A DNA stretch of 44,361 nucleotides from positions 1 through 44,361 of the forward strand of contig JAUCBJ010002493.1 of NCBI GenBank assembly GCA_032718475.1, read 5' to 3'. Below the pieces are notes generated by a model, which saw only the letters and a program-made list of their open reading frames with translations, was not told where the DNA came from and did no database searches. Positions 23,621 through 35,985 of the stretch are shown piece by piece (within the stretch, counting starts at the first letter, position 1; the number at the start of each line of letters is the position of its first letter). Origin of the DNA: Nemertoderma westbladi. Taxonomy: Eukaryota > Animalia > Xenacoelomorpha. The position numbers and the translations under genes were made by a program.

Positions 23621-26600
23621 TTAAGAAAGCGGTAATGCTTCGATTATGCCCATGTTAATAATGTCCATCAGTTTCCGAGAACATGCCCCACATTTGGTTA
23701 GTGAATCAGCCAACTGTTCACCTGATCTAACATACTCAACACGATCGAGTTCTTTGTTCTCTAGCGATTCCTTTATTGATGCGATATCAATTCGCAAGCG
23801 TTTTTCGTTCACTGCAATTGTTGAATGAATAGATGTGTGGAGATTGCGGCTATCAGTGTAAGCAATGACAGGTACCTTTATCTTCAGAATATCAAAGATA
23901 AGAGCCGCAATGAAATGAACCTCTTCTAAGCCATCAACCAAAGCGACACCCTCAGCTGCAAGAGTACTCTTCACAACTCTCCTGATTTTCTTCGACCCCC
24001 AAGCCAGTGTGGAACACTTGTTATTTTCTCCAACTAGGAAAACAACAAAACCCTCAGCACTGGATACTCCATCCGGTAAATTTCCGTGAGATGCATCACT
24101 ATACAACACCAACCTGAAGGTTGCAGGATCCCCAAGTGCTGGAAATTTTATAGCAATGTTATCGTTCTTCAGTTGTTTAATCATTTTATTTGCCTTACAT
24201 AGATGATTGCCATCGGCGTGATTTGCAGCCATGCTAAGTTCTAGAACATCGAATGACAAATCTGGCCTGGTTTGATTAGCAGCCCAACTAATTTGTCCGA
24301 CAGTTGATTTTAATAGTGAAATTGACTTTGGACTGAGGAAAGAGTTATACCCACTAGTCGGAATAACAAGCAGCTGCAAACTGTCGATATATTCACATTG
24401 ATCAATCGTTATTATCATTGGTTTCTGTTTTGAGTTAAGACCAACGTATTTCACATTTCCACCTGCGAACTTCCCAGCAATAAATGTATTGGTCATTGGT
24501 GTGATTACTCCATCATCAAACTTCTTCGCACCAGCATATAAAAAATCGTCCACATGTAGTAGGAACATACCACTAAGAATCCCCTGATTGTACCACATAA
24601 ACAAAGCATTGTCGTACTTACATATCGTGCAACCTAAACGTTCTAGTTCATATTTGACACTAAAATACCAATTTCTAGCAGCATCATTTAAACCATAGAC
24701 CACTTTCTTCAACTTCCATATAATACCTTCCTTGATTAAATCTACTGGCGGCCTCAAAAATATATCCCGAGTGATCCTTTTACCCTGTAGGAAAGCTGAT
24801 CGAATGTCGATAGATTTAACACTCCAATCAAACGTGGCACAAAATGTCAAAAATATTCGCATTGTACTTTTATTTACTGTAGGAGAATCGGATTGTATCC
24901 CACTATGTTCCTCAAACCCTCTGGCTACCAGACGAGCTTTCACCTTCTTTTCTTCATTTTGAACTTTCTCAGTGACAACCCATGTAGTGGAAATAGTCGA
25001 TTGTCCCTTATCCCAAACTTCCTCAAAGACATCAAAATCTATCCAATTTTTGAATTCTTTCTCCTTTGCCAAAACAACCTCCTTTTCATCGTGTCGATTT
25101 TTTGGTATCATAACAATGCCCACTGTCTCCTCATGAATGTTTTCAACATCAGATGGGTCGTTTGTAATATTCTGCCATTCTTTTATGGCAGATAAATCAA
25201 TAGAAAACGGATCATCGTCATTGGCTGACTTGACATTAAACCATGATCCATATTTGCTGGATTTTTTACCAGCCCTGCCAGTGACAGTGCCTGTATCCCA
25301 TGGAGATGAATCGGTGAGTCTATATTTAATAACTTCACCTTTCTTAGGAAGCGTGGATGATTTTATGTCTTTTTCCCGTGCATCAGCTATTGGCCTGTTC
25401 ATATCTTGTATTCCATTGTCGACATCAAGATCCTTTAAATTATCTTCTTGAATAATATCGTCCATTGGTGTGGTCATATGATCTTCATCATCCTCTGCAG
25501 TGCCATCGTTGGTAATACCATGGCCTACATTGAGGTAATCCTCTTTATTAGATTCGATAAATTCCTTTCCCACTTTTATTATTCTGTTCAGTGAAACTCG
25601 GACATACACACTCCCATGTCTAACAAATATTACTTTTCCATCCTGGCCAATCACAACACCTGGCCCATGCCATCTATTACCATCGTCCCGTTTGTAATAT
25701 ACTTTTTCACCTGTTTGAAAATTCTCATTAGCTGCCCGTATTTTATGACGTAAGGCACGTCTAACCCGCTCCGATGCTTCAGACTTCAAAAACGCTGATC
25801 TTGCAGAGTGTAAAGATGTTAAATGCTTAGCGAATACTTCACTTATTGTTTGACCTACAAGGGCAGGAAGATTATTTGTTAATGTAGATGGTAATGTAGG
25901 GTTCTGTCCAGACACTAATTGGTATGGTGAAAACCCCGATACGTTTTGCAGCGCATTTTTTGCATTCACTGCCCAAATCAATGCAACTTCCAACTTGACT
26001 TTTGGATTATCCTCTAATATTTTTTCTACTGAAACATCAATTGCTGTGCGATTCCTCTCACATAAACCGTTTTGCCATGGACTTTGTGCTGCAGTATTTA
26101 AAACCTCAATATTTAAGTTCTCACATATATCCCGATATTTTTCATTTGCAAATTCTCCACCGTTGTCCGCGAGAAATTTTTTTAGGAGTACCAAAACCAG
26201 AACCAATCCACATGCTCATGATCTTATCAATTATCACGTCAGGTTTTTTTGATGTAATAACACATGATAAACAAAATCTAGTAAACATATCTATCATATG
26301 TAAGAAATATATACCTGGTCTAAACTCCTTCAGGTCCATAGCAACTGCTTCATTGAATCTCTTGGCCAAAGGTAAACAAACAATAGAACGAGGGGCAGTC
26401 TTGCTAAATTTCAAACACACTTCACACCTCTTCTCGAGCTCCTCAATCACTTCCTGACATTCAGAATCCCACGATCCAGCATCCTGCAATAACGCTCGAA
26501 GTTTCTTACTGGATGGGTGTGCGAATTGTTTGTGTAGTTTCATAATAACATCCTTCTTTTCCTTCTTTGTCCCTTCTGTTAATGCCACCAAACACATTCC

Positions 26601-28127
26601 TATTGAGATGGAGGATGCCTTCAATGGAATCATGTAGTGACCTGATGTGGTACAATCTAGTGTTATATTGTGGCCGAATATGTTGGCCTGATCATTTTCT
26701 AAGTCCAGTTTGATGCGCGCTTTCTTCATTGCTGATTTACTCAATAAAAGCGGAATGTCACTTTCCACTACATCAGTCCGTATCCTAATTTGTTCTCCAG
26801 CCATTATGCATGGAAACACAACCTCACGTAGTGACACCCGACGTTCTCCACCACCGAAACGGAAACACCGACCTCCAGGGTTTATCTCCACCTTCAGTTT
26901 TTCATCTTCCGATAGCGAATTCAAATAACAATCCATCCAGACCTTTCCAGTTACCGTCGCACTGCACCCGCTATCTAAAACAGCAGCGTTCAACGACTCT
27001 CTGGCTAACAATCCCAATTCAGACTCGATTCCACCAGTAAATAGAACTAGATTGACTTCCTCATCCTTTTCCTCAACTGTCCACTCTTGTGTTGCCTCGT
27101 ACACTCGCTCCATATTCTCATAGCTATCCACACAATCTCTCACCATATGACGAATTGAATCGCACGAACTGCATCGTAAAATATTTCCATCCGATCCAGT
27201 CGGATTCAATCATTTTCCATCTCTACGAGGTGTAAACTCTCTAATATTCTTCCTTGCGGCAGTTAAACCTCCACCACGATAACCGGCACTTACCGAACTA
27301 CCAGTACCGGTACCTCGGTTATAACCACTTCCATATCCATAGCTGTAACCACCACCTCTGTTAAAGCCTACTCCTCCTCCACGATATCGACTTGGATTCG
27401 ATCCTCTTGGATCGCTATAGCCCCCGCGTCCACGATATCCTCCATAACTACCGGTACCTGGACCTCGCCAGGGCGATCGACATGAGTTAGCATAGAATGC
27501 TTCCTCATCCGTTATATTAATAGATTCGACTTTTATCGCAACATCCGGAACTCCAACGCTAGTTGTTGACATCGACTGTTTACCGAAGAACTATCGTAAC
27601 GATGCTTTCATTTGTGTAAATAGTGAATCCTTCTCATTGTAGTTGACCGCTGTAAGCACTAATTGTCTTTCCTTGTGATCCAACTTCGCAGCATCAAGCA
27701 ACCTGAATGCAAGAACTGGTTGCGGCAATTCCATACCGCAAAATTTACTTTTATTGTATAATTTTTCGAATTCAATAATCAACGTATCCATTGTTTGTTC
27801 ACTGCCTTTCTTGTATCTATCAAACTGAGTATATTTTTCATATACCTCCGACAGTTCGTCTTTTTTTAAACAAGCCATCCAGAAACGTTATCAACCGATT
27901 TACCCCTTCATTAGCTTTCAGTTCATCTAAAGTAATTTCGCTAAACACTTTATCCCGAACCCCCGAGGGATCTTCTTCCGGTAACGCTAGAGCAATTGCA
28001 ACGCCTCGTTTTTCTTTCGCTAGATCAGTAACCTCACACCATGCAGCCATGCATTGACTTCCTGTACGTAACGCTCGTACAGTTTACTTACGCTATTGAA
28101 TTTCGGTGGATTTTTGTATGTTGACAT
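23621..28127 (-). pseudogene. Disrupted gag-pol polyprotein of the copia element
   Basis: ATG at 28127 (MSTYKNPPKF). Zn knuckle CSSCDSIRHMVRDC, protease LDSGCS, integrase HKQFAH...CEVC / MDL / DNGGEF / NGLCERN, RT KARLVARGFEE / YGLNDA / HVDDF, RNase H YSDAS / TDSR / QLAD. Lesions: 8-bp duplication ~28040-28055, +1 at 27861-67, stops at 27591-93 and 27210-12, +1 at 26177-83. Confidence 0.9.
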
Positions 28128-28172
28128 CGCTACTTTTAAATTTTCACTTATTCCGCCGAAAGTTTAAGTTTA

Positions 28173-28185
28173 CGCTCTGCTACCA
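28173..28185 (-). other. Primer-binding site (initiator tRNA-Met type)
   Basis: Minus strand TGGTAGCAGAGCG directly abuts the 5' LTR. Confidence 0.9.
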
Positions 28186-29459
28186 TGTTGATCAGTATAA
28201 TGCACATTTATAAATCTATAAATATCTCGCTGTACTGCTATAATAATACAAGGCCGCCATATAATTATATATGAAATACAGCAATACACTCAGGCCTATA
28301 CCGGTACACCAAACAACACAGTACTATCCCATCACCCGGCGAGTCTCTATCTCAGTGCCTATCTAACAGTAGGTACTTATACAATCGAATACTTATGGGA
28401 TCAACCCTGGGGTAGGTACTTATACAATCGAATACTTATGGGATCAACCCTGGGATAGGTACTTATGGGATCAACCCTGGGGTAGGTACTTTGGGATCAA
28501 CCCTGGGGTAGGTACTTATGGGATCAACCCTGGGGTAGGTACTTATACAATCGAATACTTCTTGGATCAACCCTGGGGTAGGTACTTATACAATCGAATA
28601 CTTATGGGATCAACCCTGGGGTGGGAACTTATGGGATCAACCCTGGGGTAGGTACTTATACAATCGAGTACTTATGGGATCAACCCTGGGGTAGGTACTT
28701 ATGGGCAACCCTGGGGTAGGTACTTATACAATCGAATACTTATGGGATCAACCCTGGGGTAGGTACTTATGGGATCAACCCTGGGGTAGGTACTTATGGG
28801 ATCAACCTTGGGGTAGGTTCTTATGGGATCAACCCTGGGGTAGGTACTTACGGGATCAACCCTGAGGTAGGTACTTATACAATCGAATACTTATGGGATC
28901 AACCCTGGGGTAGGTACTTATGGGATCAACCCTGGGGTAGGTACTTATACAATCGAATACTTATGGGATCAACCCTGGGGTAGGTACTTATACAATCGAA
29001 TACTTATGGGATCAACCCTGGGGTAGGTACTTATGGGATCAACCCTGGGGTAGGTACTTATGGGATCAACCCTGGGGTAGGTACTTATACAATCGAATAC
29101 TTATGGGATCAACCCTGGGGTAGGTACTTATACAATCGACAATAACCTCAAATGAAACGTTAATCGCGAGGAGGTCAGCATTCTACGTCGATTAAGTGGG
29201 ATTCATTACTCTTATAAACTGCGTAGCCTACTTTCATACTTTCATTACTACAGTAATTTTATATGCTGAAATTTTCATAAAAGATTGTTTACATAGCTAC
29301 TGTAGGGCCACCAAACCAGGTGGCATTACAGATCCTTCTACACATATATATGATATATTTTGCATATAGGTCTGAAAATGAATACAATTTTTGAAAATTT
29401 TATTTAAATAAAAATATAACTATTCCTCGAAAATGCGGATTATAAAGTCGAACAAAAAA

Positions 29460-30093
29460 TCTTTTTATTTTCCAGAAAAATGGTCTATCGGTATCATAAC
29501 GGTATCATAATTTGTTTAAAAATAGTGGGAGTAAATTAGACCTATCAAAAAATAACTGAGGTATAACGCTGCTAAGTGTGATGGAGAAAGATTTCACTGC
29601 AATGTTAAACATTCGCCTTGCATTCAGAATGATCATTGAAGCGCAGGCAGGCTTTCGGATAGGTTATGGTACCAGGGACCACATTTTTATTCTTAAATCA
29701 CTAATTGATCACTTTGTAGGGTATACAATTTACCCAAAATTATATTGTTCATTAATTGATTTTAGTCAAGCGTTTGACTGTGTTGACGGGGGTGCATTAT
29801 GGGTCAAATTAATTATTGCACTGGGCTTTTCCAGCAAAATATTTTCACTAGTTAAGAGTGCATATGTGGCGGCAAAATCTACAGTGCGATATAATAATAT
29901 TTTTTCAGATGAATTGTGTGTATTTCAGGGGTACGCCAAGGCGACCCTTTATCGCCTTTGCTACTACCTACAGTATTGTTCATAAATTATCTAGAATTAG
30001 AATTGTGTAGGGGGGGGTAATGGTATTTATATAGGTTTGTTCAAGCTATTTCTGTAATATACGTGGATGACGTACGTGTAGTTATTATTTTTA
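29460..30093 (+). mobile_element. Degenerate LINE RT, 5' part (interrupted just after the YVDD motif)
   Basis: FPEKWS, QAGFR.GY.TRDHIF.L, IDFSQAFDCV, GVRQGDPLSPLL, YVDD. Confidence 0.8.
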
Positions 30094-30449
30094 GGCAGTG
30101 ATTTTTTATGTCCTTTTATTTGACTTTTTTGTCATTTTTTTTTTACGAATTATGCATAATGACTTTTGTTGTCCTTTTAATGACTTTTATTGTCCTTTTA
30201 ATGACTTTTTATGTATGTATTTCTTCAAACTGTCAGACTGCTGATTTCTGGACTGTCAGACAGTTGATTTCACTATGCCTGTACCAAAACATTCCATGAT
30301 TCCATGATTTATAGACTATGAGATAGATTTCCATATGCGCCTGTGGTAAAAAGACTCTATATTTAATAGTTTGTGGTTGTTGTTGATAATCGATTACCAT
30401 ATGACGTAGCAAAACACTCATTTTATAGCCAAAAACAATTACCAATTGA

Positions 30450-31072
30450 TGGAAAGGAGCAGGTTTTCTGACCAAAACAATAAACAGTCACTTTACCAAA
30501 TCAGGGAAAGGAGCAGGTTACAGAGACGGGATTTTCTAAACAAAACAATAAACGATCACTTAACTAATTGAGGGAAAGGAGCAGGTTACAGAGGCGGGAT
30601 TTTCTAACCAAAACAATAAACGATCACTTAACTTATTGAGGGAAAGGAGCAGGTTACAGAGGCGGGATTTTCTAACCAAAACAATAAACGATCATTTAAC
30701 TAATTGAGGGAAAGGGACAGGTTACAGAGGCGGAATTTTCTAACCAAAACAATAAACGATCACTTAACTAATTGAGGGAAAGGAGCAGGTTACAGAGGCG
30801 GGATTTTCTAACCAAAAGAATAAACGATCATTTAACTAATTGAGGGAAAGGGGCAGGTTACAGAGGCGGGCCTTTCTAACCAAAACAATAAACGGTCACT
30901 TTACCAATTCAGGGAAAGGAGCAGGTTACAGAGGCGGGATTGTCTAACCAAAACAATAAACGATCATTTAACTAATTGAGGGAAAGGGGCAGGTTACAGA
31001 GGCGGGATTTTCTAACCAAAACAATAAACGACCATTTAACTAATTGAGGGAAAGGAGCAGGTTACAGAGACG
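30450..31072. repeat. 68-bp tandem repeat, ~9 copies
   Basis: agggaaaggagcaggttacagaggcgggattttctaaccaaaacaataaacgatcacttaactaattg starting at 30503, 30571, 30639 ... 31047. Confidence 0.95.
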
Positions 31073-31216
31073 ATAAAACTAATACAGTAATAGGCCTAAA
31101 TTATGTGAAAGGTATATCCACATTTTCCACAATCCTGCAATCCAGTTTGGCCTATCAATTATTTAAAATTTATTAGCACAACCGGTAGGCCTACCATTAC
31201 CGTATTTAAATGGTAG

Positions 31217-34200
31217 CCCTGCAAACAATGTATGGTTAAAAAGCTGTTATTAAAATGTTATTTAATAACATAGATAACATTATTTCAAATTGTTAGATTA
31301 ATGATAAAAAAAACTGTAAATTGGCCAAGAAATATGACGTTATATACTAACGTTATTATTTCGTTTTTAATAACATTAAAATAACAAAGCCAGGATGGTT
31401 ACATATATCATTACTTTTATGTTATTCCTTATCATTATTATTGTATTTTTATTGACATTAAAATAACAACGGCATAATGTTTATTTAGATCGTTACTTTT
31501 ATGTTATTTCTTAACATAAAAATATTGTTTGCTAAAAACGTAACATTATATGTGCATTTAAGCCCTTCTCTCATGTTTTATGGTTGGTTCGCTTGCTCAA
31601 ACTAATAATCCCCCTCCATTGCCGTTCTTTAAATCGTTCTTTATAATTGCCAAACCCTTTATTGAATAATTAATTAATAATTTCCCTACGCATGTTGATA
31701 TGGTAGTGGCAGGCTACAATCTCTAACACAGTTTGATTGAATACAATTTTGTTGTAGGCAATTGTATGCAAATTAATAACAATTAAAACGTTTAACATGA
31801 ATTGAATTTTTTGTATAATGACCAGTCAGGATCAAATAATGAAATAAACAGCAAAATCAAAGTAAAATATCACAGAATAAGTAAAACAAATATATGGCTG
31901 TATGGCCCATTACGTAAATGGTTTTGATATTTCGGTTAAAGTTAATCACAGACTTAAAAGGAATATGTTTATGACGTAATAATAAGTGACAACAACGTAA
32001 TGAATTGCATCAATTAAAATACTTTGAGTTAATATTATTCACTAGATTTATAGATCTGATTTGTAGTCTATATAAAATAATGTACATATAGTGGGTTTAA
32101 TAAATAATAACTCACAACAATGTTAAATTATTAAAAGGAGCAGTTTACAGTTGGCTACAGGGGCACATTATTATATCATACGGGTAAATAAAAAAAAAAC
32201 AGGTTACAGATATATTTCTGGGAGAGTAATCAGTACTTATTTGAATCGATATCTCCCTGGAGAGGGATGATTTTGATTGCATCGCAAATCCTCCCTATCT
32301 GAACAAATCATATTTAAAAAATTAAACGTTAATTATAATTATAGCTGAGTGAGCTTCATTTACTGATTTATTAAACTGTAAAAATAAATCAATAGGCCTA
32401 TACGGTGGCTGAATTGTGCCACGTAATACTTTTTTTTATTTATTTTTTTAAGGGACTTTTTGGTCGACCAAAAAGTACTTTTTGGTCGACCAATAAGTAC
32501 TTTTTGGTCGACCAAAAAGTCGACTTTTTGGTCGACCAAAAAGTACTTATTGGTCGACCAAAAAGTACTTTTTGGTCGACCAAAAAGTCGACTTATTGGT
32601 CGACCAAAAAGTCGACTTATTGGTCGACCAAAAACTACTTATTGGTCGACCAAAAAGTACTTTTTGGTCGACCAAAAAGTCGACTTATTGGTCGACCAAA
32701 AAGTCGACTTATTGGTCGACCAAAAACTACTTATTGGTCGACCAAAAAGTCGACTTATTGGTCGACCAAAAACTACTTTTTGGTCGACCAAAAAGTCGAC
32801 TTATTGGTCGACCAAAAAGTCGACTTATTGGTCGACCAAAAAGTCGACTTATTGGTCGACCAAAAAGTACTTTTTGGTCGACCAAAAAGTCTGGAAGTAT
32901 TATCCAATAGAAAACATATATATAACTATTTTGGAGGTAAAATCAAATTACTGTACCGGTGTACATAAAGCTTTGTTAAACACATTGATCGCTAGGCCTA
33001 CCGGTACCTAGGATATTAATCCTTCATCATGATAGTGTTACGGTTTTAAATAACCACCTAATTCACTTAATGTAATTTGATTTTGCCTCGAAAATAGTTG
33101 TATGTTTTCTATTGGATAATACTTCCAGACTGTTTGGTCGACCAAAAAGTCGACAAACTACTTTTTGGTCGACCAAAAAGTCGACTTATTGGTCGACCAA
33201 AAAGTACTTTTTGGTCGACCAAAAAGTACTTTTTGGTCGACCAAAAAGTCGCTTCAAAAAAAAAATAAAAAAAAGTATTAAGTGGCACAATTCAGCCACC
33301 GTAGGCCTAGGCCCTACAAAAGTACAATCTAAAAACTGAAACAATAAATAGTTTGTAATAACAGTTAATGTGAAGTTTTCAAATCGAATCGAAAGTTTTG
33401 TAGTAATGTTGTCCCTGTGCCCTGCCCCTTCAACTGAAAACTGGGACCTCCCAATAATAAGAATTCCAATCTTTAGTCCTCGGCTGTTGAAATCCACCAT
33501 CAGTACAGACAAATAAGTCAATCCTCCACCTGTCAGTGCCTTTTTAAGGGGATTTCCTGGTCCTGGCAGACTTGAATTCTGTAATTGGTAGGTATAATGC
33601 AGTAATGTGTGAATCCAAAGGGTAAAGGCGAACTCGCATTCAGGTAGATATGTTTTATTTATGAGTTCAGGTTAAATAAATCACAAAACCAAAACTATAA
33701 AACCAAAAATATAAGCTACACTGTACTGTACAGTGCAGTAGGCTTGCAGTAACTACACTACAGCACTACTGTAATATAGATATAGGCCTTGCAGTACAGC
33801 AGTATAACAATACATATACACAATAAACATTGAATACAGGCATGCCAGAATGAGTATTGTACAACATACCATACTGTATACCATTTACATGTGGAAAATT
33901 CCTCCATTACCGCGAATTTTAAAATTAGCCAATCATCAATCTCAGATTAGATAATAGAAGTGACAGCGTCTATCGCATAATGTTTATTTTATGTGATAAA
34001 ATAACATTATTCTGATATGTAACAAAACATGTTCTTAAAATGTTAGAACTAAACACTTATAAAAATTTTTGACTAATGTTTATGTTCTCACATTAAAATT
34101 ACGTTTCTTTAACATCAACAGTTATCATTTATTTAATGTCTGACAAAGACATTATAGAGTAATGTTAAAATAACATGTATTGAACATCTAAATATTCTAT

Positions 34201-34285
34201 CAAACAAGGGAATAACATTTATCAACATTTATAACAAATTAATGATGTTTTTCTGACATTCCTTGAAAGTAAATTGTTTGCAGGG
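31217..34285. mobile_element. Non-autonomous EnSpm/CACTA-like element
   Basis: 13-bp TIR CCCTGCAAACAAT / ATTGTTTGCAGGG, 2-bp AG duplication, subterminal taacat/atgtta repeats at both ends. Confidence 0.7.
32403..33301. mobile_element. Foldback/MITE element with TA TSD and internal palindromic minisatellite
   Basis: TIR cggtggctgaattgtgccac.taatacttttt... at both ends with TA flanks. Arrays of ttttt(or ttatt)ggtcgaccaaaaa at 32456-32890 and 33133-33250. Inner inverted pair 32891-32951 / 33072-33130. Confidence 0.88.
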
Positions 34286-34548
34286 AGGCTACACAGTAGG
34301 CCTATAGCAGTACCGGTGCCGGTACCGGTACTAAAATACAGAAATACCTGCTTTATACCTACATCTGTACATACAATACAGCAAAATAGTGCTATATATA
34401 CTAATACCGGTACTGATAGCCTGAGAGAACAGCAGTAGAGAAACCGGTAGCATGGAACCTAACATTAGACTTTTGGAGGACATAAAAAATCAAAAAAAAG
34501 GACAAAAAAAGAATTTAAACGGACAATAAAAATTATTGCGTTATTTTT

Positions 34549-35136
34549 AACACAGTAGAAGATTCACAACGTGCATTAAATATTTTACAAACATATTGTG
34601 AATACTGGTGGTTTAGATGTGAATCTTAGTAAGTCAAAGATAGTCGTTTTTAAAAAGGCTGGCCCGTTAAGTTGTAAAGAAAGTTGGACTTATCAGGATA
34701 CCAAAATTGTGGTTGTTGACCGATACACTTATCTGGGTATAGTTTTTATCACAAGTGGTAAATTCATTGTTGGTCAAAAGACACTCGCTGAAAAGGCATC
34801 GAAAACGTATTTTTCGCTGCAGCAGTACCTAGCACGGTTTCCTGCAATAGATTTTAAAACTATTTTTTTCTCTTTAGTACTCCAGTGAAACCGATTTTAT
34901 TATATTGTACGGAGATTTGGGGTTTTAGTAATGCAATTGATATTGAGAGAATAAAACTTAAAATTGTTAGAACGGTATCTATCCCTAAATCAAAGTACAC
35001 CAAATTTTATGGTTTATGGTGACTACGTGATATTTCCTTTAAAAGTTGAAATAGACAAGATTATTATTAAATATTGGTTGAAAATTTTAATATGCCTAGT
35101 TCCCATTTGGCAAAGCAATGTTATTTAATGCAATTG
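34549..35136 (+). mobile_element. Continuation of the LINE RT from 29460-30093
   Basis: GLDVNLSKSKIVVF, YTYLGIVF...GKF, KPILLYCTEIWG, TPNFMVYG, KYWLKI. Confidence 0.8.
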
Positions 35137-35395
35137 CAGCAGCTTGGTCTAGTGGTGACATTACTGTGCTTCCGATTAGGGAGCCCGGGTTCGATCCCTA
35201 CAGTAGATGGGGCAGCACTGTTTGGGCACAGTGCTTTAAATGCTGCAGCCTAGCCCAACCCCGCTTTCATCCTTCAGTGGTCGATAAATGGGAACCAAGG
35301 CAACTTGGGAAACAGAGTGGAAGGGTTTACTGTGGAAGATCACCCATGGTGGTGAGCAGGCATTCCTTGGCTTAACGAGCCTAAAAGATTCTCCC
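35137..35395 (+). mobile_element. tRNA-derived SINE
   Basis: Pol III A box TGGTCTAGTGG (35145-55), B box GGTTCGATCCC (35188-98), 14-bp TSD ATTTAATGCAATTG at 35123-35136 and 35396-35409. Confidence 0.88.
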
Positions 35396-35985
35396 ATTTA
35401 ATGCAATTGAATGATATTTTAATAACGATCCTGCCTAGTAATAGGCCAGGGTAGTTCTTGTCAAGAGTTGAGCCATTCAAAAACAGGATGTGGTTATGTA
35501 TATATATTATGGAAATTATATATTATATATATGGAAATTAAATATATGTGTATGTATGTATAACCATCCAATATCTCAAAAACTCAAACAGTTACTAACA
35601 AACTCTACATCAATTTTGGTTGCGCACAAGACTATATTTTTTGTGGCGTTTCGATCCCGGGGTCACTGAAAAATAGCAGTTTTTAAAATTTAAAGTAGAA
35701 TTTCACCGATTTCAACTTGTCGAGTATGCACCAACTTTTTTATTTGGGCTATTCAGTCATTTGAGCAACATATGAGAGCTCCAGAATCTTTTCAAATATC
35801 GCCAATCTCGCACAGAACGTCGCCAAAATTTGTCAGTCTGGCAAAAAAAAAACGCACTAATTCGTCTAAAAGAGTAAATTATTGGTTGCAGAATAATATG
35901 ATTCAACTAGAAAAGCCAGCAAGAAGGCTATAAGGAGACCGTCCATAGACAAACGTCGTGTTAGTTGGGTCCCTCCTAGTAACCT

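Larger units (their letters stand above)
23387..28368 (-). mobile_element. Full-length Ty1/copia LTR retrotransposon, GalEa-like
   Basis: LTRs at 28186-28368 (5') and 23387-23570 (3'), 5-bp TSD GTAGG, PBS TGGTAGCAGAGCG, purine tract next to the 3' LTR, domain order gag-PR-INT-RT-RH, RT motif HVDD. Confidence 0.95.
21561..29139. repeat. Two-unit minisatellite array interrupted by LTR sequences
   Basis: Unit A tacttatgggatcaaccctggggtagg (27 bp) and unit B tacttatacaatcgaa (16 bp), mixed as BA/BAA/BAAA. Blocks at 21561-21922, 22107-22361, 22546-23386 and 28369-29139. Confidence 0.95.
30094..34540. mobile_element. Non-autonomous DNA transposon with 9-bp TSD (Mutator-like)
   Basis: TTATTTTTA at 30085-30093 and 34541-34549, imperfect ~45-bp terminal inverted repeats, and LINE RT sequence resumes directly after it. 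Confidence 0.65.

Noticed and set aside
27210-27593. Programmed gag-pol stop-codon readthrough
   Set aside because: Two separate stops, both upstream of the Gag zinc knuckle, alongside other lesions. Decay is the simpler explanation.
24732-28057. Plus-strand ORFs overlapping the copia element
   Set aside because: Antisense shadows of gag-pol with no motifs.
21561-29139. CRISPR-like array
   Set aside because: There are no unique spacers, only two recurring units and LTRs. No cas genes, and the context is eukaryotic.
32405-33339. Repetitive ORFs (LVDQK/WSTKK/GRPKS) as proteins
   Set aside because: Open in several frames only because the palindromic minisatellite lacks stop codons, and they lie inside a TIR element.
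35137-35210. Functional tRNA gene
   Set aside because: A and B boxes are present but no clean cloverleaf was seen. It continues into a SINE body and is flanked by a 14-bp TSD.
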